Origin: Octopus sinensis
Taxonomy: Eukaryota
Assembly (NCBI RefSeq): GCF_006345805.1
Contig: NC_042997.1
Span: forward strand, 126,046,001-126,110,000
DNA: 64,000 bases
Reading direction: 5' to 3'
The position numbers were made by a program, and so were the translations under genes. Shown piece by piece: positions 61,813-64,000 of the stretch; the first letter of the stretch is position 1; each line of letters starts with the position of its first letter. The notes below the pieces were generated by a model. The model searched no databases. It saw only the letters and a list, made by a program, of their open reading frames with translations, and was not told the origin of the DNA.

Positions 61813-62467
61813 AGAAATAAAGAGGAATTTGCACGTCTGTTCTTTTCTTACTCTTTTTAAAATAATAATATATAATGAAATTATTGTATACAGTGCTCAG
61901 GTGCACCACAACTTGTCAAAAGTGCATATAAAGCATATGCAGTAAAGTACAAATGTCTGGAAAGTGAACAGTATATGAGTTAGATACATGCTTGCATGTG
62001 TATGGAGGGGAGAAAATCAGGTGTAGTGTTGGTGAATCTCAGGAAGCATGGAAGTTTTGAAGGATGCAGTGCTCCGACAACTAACAACTGATGCCGGCAG
62101 TTTGTTCCATGCTTCAGCAACTCTTAGCTCCTTTATTTTAGTAATGACTTATCCTTTCTCCCTTTTCTTTATCTTGCTCTCTGTTTCTCATGCTATAGCT
62201 CATCCCCCTCCTCCCTCTCTCTCTCTCTCTGACTGACTACATCTCATTTCTTTTCTTTCCCTTTATATTTCACCCCCTCTCTTTCTCTCATTCTCTTTAG
62301 CTGTTTCTCACCATTTCTTTCTCTCTTTTTCTCTGTAGCTATTTGTTATTCTCATACAGCCATACACGAAGAAACATGCATGCACACACACTCAGTGAAT
62401 TCAATAACATATATAAACGACACCAACTTAATGTTCAACTGCTTAAAATGTTAAACATTTATTACAG

Positions 62468-62538
62468 ACTTTAAAAGATGAGAGTTATGAAACAATGTTT
62501 ACTCGAGTTTGTCAAGGAATCAAGGAAATTGCTGAACA
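62468..62538 (+). CDS. POLA2: POLA2 exon 13 (gene continues beyond the window)
   Basis: Translates TLKDESYETMFTRVCQGIKEIAE, similar to human NCLLTSPFEDIFKQCLRTIIEGTR. TTACAG acceptor, GTAAGT donor, 71 nt. Confidence 0.88.
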
Positions 62539-63248
62539 GTAAGTGACCATGTTTACCTCCAATAGACTAAGAGAACCCCTACATCAATAGTTCTCAACCA
62601 GGGTCCATATGAGTCTTGGGGATCTGTCTAAAATTTTTTTGTTTGTGTGCATAGGTGCAGGAGTGGCTGTGTGGTAAGTAGCTTGCTTAACAACCACATG
62701 GTTCCAGGTTCAGTCCCACTGCATGGCACCTTGGGCAAGTGTCTTCTACTATAGCCTCGGGCCGACCAAAAACTTGTGAGTGAATTCAGTAGTAGACGGA
62801 AACTAAAAGAAGCCCGTTGTATATATATATTTGTGTGTTTGTGTTTGTCCCCCAACATTGCTTGACAACCGATGCTGGTGTGTTTATGTCCCTGTAACTT
62901 AGCGGTTCGGCAAAAGACACTAGGCTCACAAAGTCCTGGGGTCGATTTGCTCGAGTAAAGGTGGTGCTCCAGCATGGCTGAAGTCAAATGACTGAAACAA
63001 GTAAAAGAGTAATAAATTGGTAATACTTCTACATTACTCAAAATATTAAAAAAAAAATTTTGGTACAATTCCTAATAACATTTAATTATAAAAGTATGAC
63101 TTTCTTAAATATTGAGATGGCTATGGGGGTCCAGTTGACTAAGAGAGGAATCAAAGGGGGCCACAGGCAAAAAAGAAAAAAATGGTTGAGAGCCTCTGTT
63201 TTACATGGTTATTGAATCTGCTAGAAATAGCAGCTAATTTTCCTTTAA

Positions 63249-63876
63249 CCCTTTCGTTACCAACCTGGCTGAAACCGGCTCTGGCTCTGAGTACAAATGT
63301 CTTGTTTTCATAAGTTTTGAATTAAAATCTCCCACCAAACCATAGTCACAATTTATGTTCCTAACACTAGCTTAATGATAACCAAGTTATTTTACTAAAT
63401 TGTAGCCAGTCCACTTATGCATTCCTTTCCTTCTTGGGACACAAAACTCTACTTGTGAAGACCTGTTGAGGCAAGTGAAAATCAAAATCATAATCGATCA
63501 ACATCAATGGAATTTGTAGCTGTGATACCAGTGCCGGTGGCACGTAAGAGAACCATCCGAACGTGGCCGTAGCCAGCGCCGCCCTGACTGGCCTCCGTGC
63601 CGGTGGCACGTAAAAAGCACCATCCGATCGTGGCCGTCGCCAGCCTCGTCTGGCACCTGTGTCGGTGGCACGTAAAAAGCACCCACTACACTCACGGAGT
63701 AGTTGGCATTAGAAACACTGCCTGATCAGACTGGGCCTGGTGCAACCTTCTGGCTTCCCAGACCCCAGTTGAACCATCCAACCCATGCTAGCATGGAAAG
63801 CAGACATTAAACGATGATGATGAAAGTAATTGAAAGAAACACAGAGCATCTCAAAATAAATACGGTAATGAAAGGG
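63249..63876. mobile_element. piggyBac-type MITE interrupted by a family C (RTE 3' UTR) insertion at about 63401-63823
   Basis: Both TTAA/TIR ends are intact. About 12 nt of the MITE are missing at the insertion junction relative to the 49926 copy. Confidence 0.85.
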
Positions 63877-64000
63877 TTAAATTATACCTTACTCTGAGTA
63901 GCCTGAGCAAAGCATGCCTTACTGTTAGGTAGTTCAGATTAACAAAGTTCATTATAAAAGTCGTAGAAGTTTTTATTTCTTTGCTATGCAAGGAAATAAG

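Overview
This is AT-rich, repeat-dense eukaryotic genomic DNA. The SINE, RTE, Penelope and microsatellite landscape suggests a coleoid cephalopod, most likely Octopus; that is inferred from repeat style, not from a database match. Two spliced protein-coding genes were reconstructed by hand, with consistent intron phases. (1) A complete 7-exon SQSTM1/p62 gene on the minus strand (CDS 18900 down to 6675, 481 aa: PB1, ZZ, TRAF6-binding-like region, LIR, UBA). (2) The first 13 coding exons of POLA2 (DNA polymerase alpha subunit B) on the plus strand from ATG 39435, running off the right end of the window. The genes are head-to-head with about 20 kb between them. Almost all ORFs in the supplied track are microsatellite or repeat artefacts. 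Mobile DNA includes a BovB-like RTE 3' end, degenerate RTE, Tx1/L1, CR1 and Penelope fragments, a full-length mariner, piggyBac- and hAT-type MITEs, non-autonomous Helitrons, LTR remnants with a tRNA-Trp primer-binding site, and many SINE copies. The most notable hidden signals are a U12 (minor spliceosome) GT-AG intron in POLA2, two fold-back elements whose arms each carry a hammerhead-ribozyme-like motif (one inside a POLA2 intron), a p62 lacking a recognisable Keap1-interacting motif, and a DRE plus E2F-like site upstream of POLA2. No wholly new multi-gene system can be supported from the sequence alone.
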